DNA of 61,070 bases, the filler included. It is 8 parts of 8 records of this genome, joined end to end, with 100 filler letters (N's around TTAATTAATTAA, not from the genome) between each part and the next. Parts side by side here need not be neighbours in the genome. Positions count along the whole stretch, not along the records: positions 55,450 to 61,070 come from SRR31156797_32275; 7 more parts are not named here. The stretch is one strand, 5' to 3'. Positions 58,485 through 61,070 of the stretch are shown here, piece after piece; within the stretch, counting starts at the first letter, position 1; every line of letters begins with the position of its first letter. The notes below the pieces were generated by a model. It made no database searches and was not told the origin of the DNA. It was given only the letters and a program-made list of their open reading frames with translations. Position numbers and translations under genes: made by a program.

Positions 58485-59021
58485 TCAATTCCTCTGCAAC
58501 AGGATACTAATTATGAAATGCATTCTATATAGGTGGGAAGGTATGGGTTTAAGTGTTGACTGATGCCCTCTCTGCTATTTTTGTGTTAATATATACTAGA
58601 GTGTATGCTTTAAAATTTTGTCAAATCCTGTGAGTTCCAGATTTGCGACTTGAATTAAGCGTATACTTTAATATATATTTTGGACCATCTAATCACAACA
58701 TATAAAATTAAGCCAAACTGTCCCTCGGACAATTAAAAATTACTTGGTGAATTTATATATTAATTAAGAATCCACTATTATAATAAATATAATTTTATAT
58801 AATTGTTTCCGCTTTAAAAGTGGTAGGCTTTGTAAAGGTGCAATATATTTATAAAAATACTCTTATTTATAAGAAACTGTTTTCAAAAAATCAGATCAAG
58901 CTCAATTTATACATGTAGAAAACAATAAAATTAAAGAAGTATTAAACTCTGTATTCATTATTATTTTTAGAACACATATTTTTTTGAGGCTAAAGTGTTC
59001 ACGTCAACGATGTTATACAGC

Positions 59022-59150
59022 TTACTTATAAATTGCGAGTAAAACTATGATTGCTAGCATCATCAATAAATAGACTGCTAAAAAGAGAAAGAGCTTTACT
59101 GCTTGCATATCTGCACGATTGTTTGTCAAAAAATAATTATGTTTTTTCAT
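59022..59150 (-). CDS. 42-aa membrane peptide with class III (prepilin-like) leader resemblance
   Basis: MKKHNYFLTNNRA-DMQAVKLFLFLAVYLLMMLAIIVLLAIYK; AAGGA upstream; below the ORF-track size cut-off. Confidence 0.5.
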   Translation of the reverse strand: MKKHNYFLTNNRADMQAVKLFLFLAVYLLMMLAIIVLLAIYK

Positions 59151-59293
59151 GTTAGACAATCCTTCATGAACTGTATATACACATAAAGGTTGCGCCAATT
59201 AAAGAAGAAAAAATTAATTCATTGGAGGAGAATATGGAAAAATGTATATAGTTAAAAGATTACTAGATAGTAAAAGTAAATTTGGATGTGAAT

Positions 59294-59440
59294 ATGAAAT
59301 TAAAAACGTTTTTATCAAGAGCCATTATTTTTGCAATAATAGCTCTTATTCTGTATTTTACTAATAATTGGGAGAGCATAGGAATAGCCAGTCTTGCATA
59401 CGTAATTAGCACTGTTTTTTGGGAGCTTACTAAGGCATAA
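59294..59440 (+). CDS. 48-aa two-TM membrane protein
   Basis: MKLKTFLSRAIIFAIIALILYFTNNWESIGIASLAYVISTVFWELTKA; GGATGTGA upstream. Confidence 0.6.
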   Translation: MKLKTFLSRAIIFAIIALILYFTNNWESIGIASLAYVISTVFWELTKA

Positions 59441-59612
59441 TTATGGCTTTGTTGAGTTTGTGCTAATTAAAACTTATAATATGAATATGAAAGCATACTA
59501 ATAGAATAATTGACGGCTCTGTAGAATTCCTCATTTTTGAATGTCTCATACGATCCTGACATATCCATCATGATTGCAGACTATCTTTAGTTACGATTTT
59601 TAATTGAGTGGA

Positions 59613-59993
59613 ATGGAAATAAATTATGATTATAAAGAAAGGCCGTCCTCAGTTCTTATTGTGGATGAATCTAACCGCTATTGTCCGAATAGAAGCCTTT
59701 GCCTGATCAGATAGGGGGAAACTTAACGACTTTAACCGGCATTTCTCTTGTCACTGGCTAAATATTCCGCAGACCCACGCAGCTTAATACTGATTTTGTG
59801 GAACTGGTTCATTGTCTGGTACTTTTTTAGACCGGTAAGGATAAATGATTATCAATACATGGAATTAATAAGCCAGGGCTTAGGGGATGCAGTAAGGGAA
59901 CTAGAAGATTTCAATTATGTCTTTGTAGGTCAAAAACGTACCTTTAAGATCTGCCCACCTGTAAAGAACATGGGAACAACGTCTTTGATGTGA
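59613..59993 (+). pseudogene. Multiply frameshifted C-terminal half of a viral FtsK/HerA (A32/STIV-type) packaging ATPase
   Basis: Joining frames gives VLIVDESNRYCPN..PLPDQIG.LNDFNRH..IFRRPTQLNTDFVELVHCLVLF..NDYQYMELISQGLGDAVRELEDFNYVFVGQKRTFKICPPV (Walker B, NRH, R-finger region). Confidence 0.65.
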
Positions 59994-60421
59994 ACAACGC
60001 CTTTGATTTAAACACATGCATAATGGTTAATATAAGTAATTCACTTTCAAGGTGGGCAATTTGGAAGCACAAACCTTTGCCCTAGGACACCGATTTTATA
60101 ATCGGTGTCTTCACCCTAATCCTTTCAGGCAACTTTTTTTATTCTCTAGACGGGCAATTTAATCAACATAGACTTATTTTACCTTTCTATATAAATTCAC
60201 TACAAATAAGATTACAAAGTAATGCTATTTTGACCTTATTGTGTTAGTTTTTCTAAACTCACGACAGGCAAAATTGCCATAATTTGCCTATAAAGGATAT
60301 CGGTGCAGAAAAAAAGTTTAGCAGTTAGAGTTCATTCATTTTCGTAACCTATTAAACAAAGGGTGAAATTGTGACAGCTACACATGTTATAGACTAAAAA
60401 AACGATATCAGGAGGTATTGA

Positions 60422-60598
60422 ATGAGTACAGCTTTTAATCTGCCTAAAAGGTCAATCCGGGCGGCTCTGGCTCTCCTGCTCACTGGTGCAAGTATTGCCT
60501 TCACAGCTACCCAAACACCATGTACAGAAGTGTACACGCTTACGGGTTCTGTGGTTGCTTTCTACTTTGCAACAGGGGGCGGAGATAGTGGACTATGA
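60422..60598 (+). CDS. 58-aa holin-like two-TM protein
   Basis: RBS AGGAGGT; MSTAFNLPKRSIRAALALLL...VVAFYFAT, an LP..S.RA.LAL / V.AFYF pattern seen in small viral membrane proteins. Confidence 0.62.
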   Translation: MSTAFNLPKRSIRAALALLLTGASIAFTATQTPCTEVYTLTGSVVAFYFATGGGDSGL

Positions 60599-60725
60599 AA
60601 CTGTTGCAATTCTCCTTACTCTTCTTGCAAATACTGCCATAAATGGATCAGTTCGTTATGAACTCGGCAAGGTAAAAAAGCAAGTTGAATCATGCGAGAA
60701 TTATAAGGTTTCTCCAAAATGTTAA
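60588..60725 (+). CDS. 45-aa small protein with N-terminal hydrophobic helix
   Basis: GTG start with GGAGA RBS, overlapping the previous ORF by 11 nt: MDYETVAILLTLLANTAINGSVRYELGKVKKQVESC... Confidence 0.5.
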   Translation: MDYETVAILLTLLANTAINGSVRYELGKVKKQVESCENYKVSPKC

Positions 60726-60806
60726 AGTGTAACTATTTTTAGTTACACTATATATCCTATTCCCATACACTAAAGTGTCTAATAGATTGTAACTAAAATC
60801 AGTTAC
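60726..60806. promoter_or_regulatory. Pair of GTAACT-N6-AGTTAC palindromes
   Basis: AGTGTAACT-ATTTTT-AGTTACACT (60726-60749) and GTAACT-AAAATC-AGTTAC (60789-60806), 60 bp apart. Confidence 0.6.
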
Positions 60807-61070
60807 TATTTTTAACCAACCAAGAATAATAATAAAGTTTGACAGTTTTCCAAGTTTCTAGTTATTAGTATTTTTACTAACATTCAAAGGAAAAGTTCGT
60901 GATCTTGCAAACAAGACATCATGTTTTTAATATTGCACTCTGGATTAATTACTAACAGTAATATTGCATATATTAATAGTGCTATATTTATAATATGTAA
61001 TTTAGCCTTGTTAGTCTATAGGTCAAGTGCTGAAAAGTACCAAATAATATCTACGTCTATTTAATTATAG

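Noticed and set aside
59224-59251. Strong RBS (GGAGGAG) before a 5-codon ORF
   Set aside because: Probably a decayed gene start within the relic; too short to call.
60486-60725. 79-aa ORF from the track
   Set aside because: Better explained as two RBS-led ORFs (60422-60598 and 60588-60725).
1-61070. CRISPR arrays, tRNA and rRNA genes
   Set aside because: No regularly spaced direct repeats and no tRNA/rRNA signatures were seen by eye.

Overview
This window is not one locus. It is eight unrelated contigs joined by artificial 100-nt spacers (N44-TTAATTAATTAA-N44), so gene neighbourhoods are only meaningful within a contig. Taxonomic labels below are inferred from gene content and base composition. 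(A, 1-8855) Desulfobacterota-like: moxR-DUF58-batABDE operon, an alpha/beta-hydrolase remnant, and an integron-type gene cassette (P-loop kinase) bounded by an attC site and a group IIC intron 3'-end scar. (B, 8956-15726) Desulfobacterota-like: ABC ATPase fragment with operator palindromes, a solute-binding sensor with a Cys/His tail, an ercA-ercS-like pair and an aldehyde dehydrogenase fragment. (C, 15827-24236) Methanosarcinaceae-like archaeon: candidate sRNA, RND/MMPL exporter, two COG1361 S-layer-like genes, TrmB, PGF-pre-PGF protein and AI-2E transporter. (D, 24337-31782) Bacteroidota: MacB-type permease, LytS/LytTR pair, and a four-gene operon (beta-helix lipoprotein, VTC/polyP polymerase domain, DUF4956, DUF2490 barrel). 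(E, 31883-37839) low-GC bacterium: chemoreceptor with two extracytoplasmic CZB domains and two GGDEF proteins. (F, 37940-47674) Desulfobacteraceae-like polyhydroxyalkanoate island: phaR-phaE-phaC-GAF-phaJ, two phasin-like genes, and a second PhaC-like enzyme with a histone-H1-like tail. (G, 47775-55349) Desulfobulbales-like: dbpA, a flavoprotein disulfide reductase, a frameshifted pseudo-CoA-transferase-GNAT fusion, and a nif accessory block. (H, 55450-61070) Methanosarcinaceae-like: alkaline-phosphatase-family protein, MFS transporter, and an AT-rich region with a shattered viral packaging ATPase and several tiny membrane-protein ORFs (probable provirus relic). The best candidates for undescribed systems are the VTC-DUF4956-DUF2490-lipoprotein operon, the PHA island with its tailed PhaC-like protein and output-less GAF protein, and the archaeal provirus relic. 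All family assignments come from motif recognition by eye; no searches were run.
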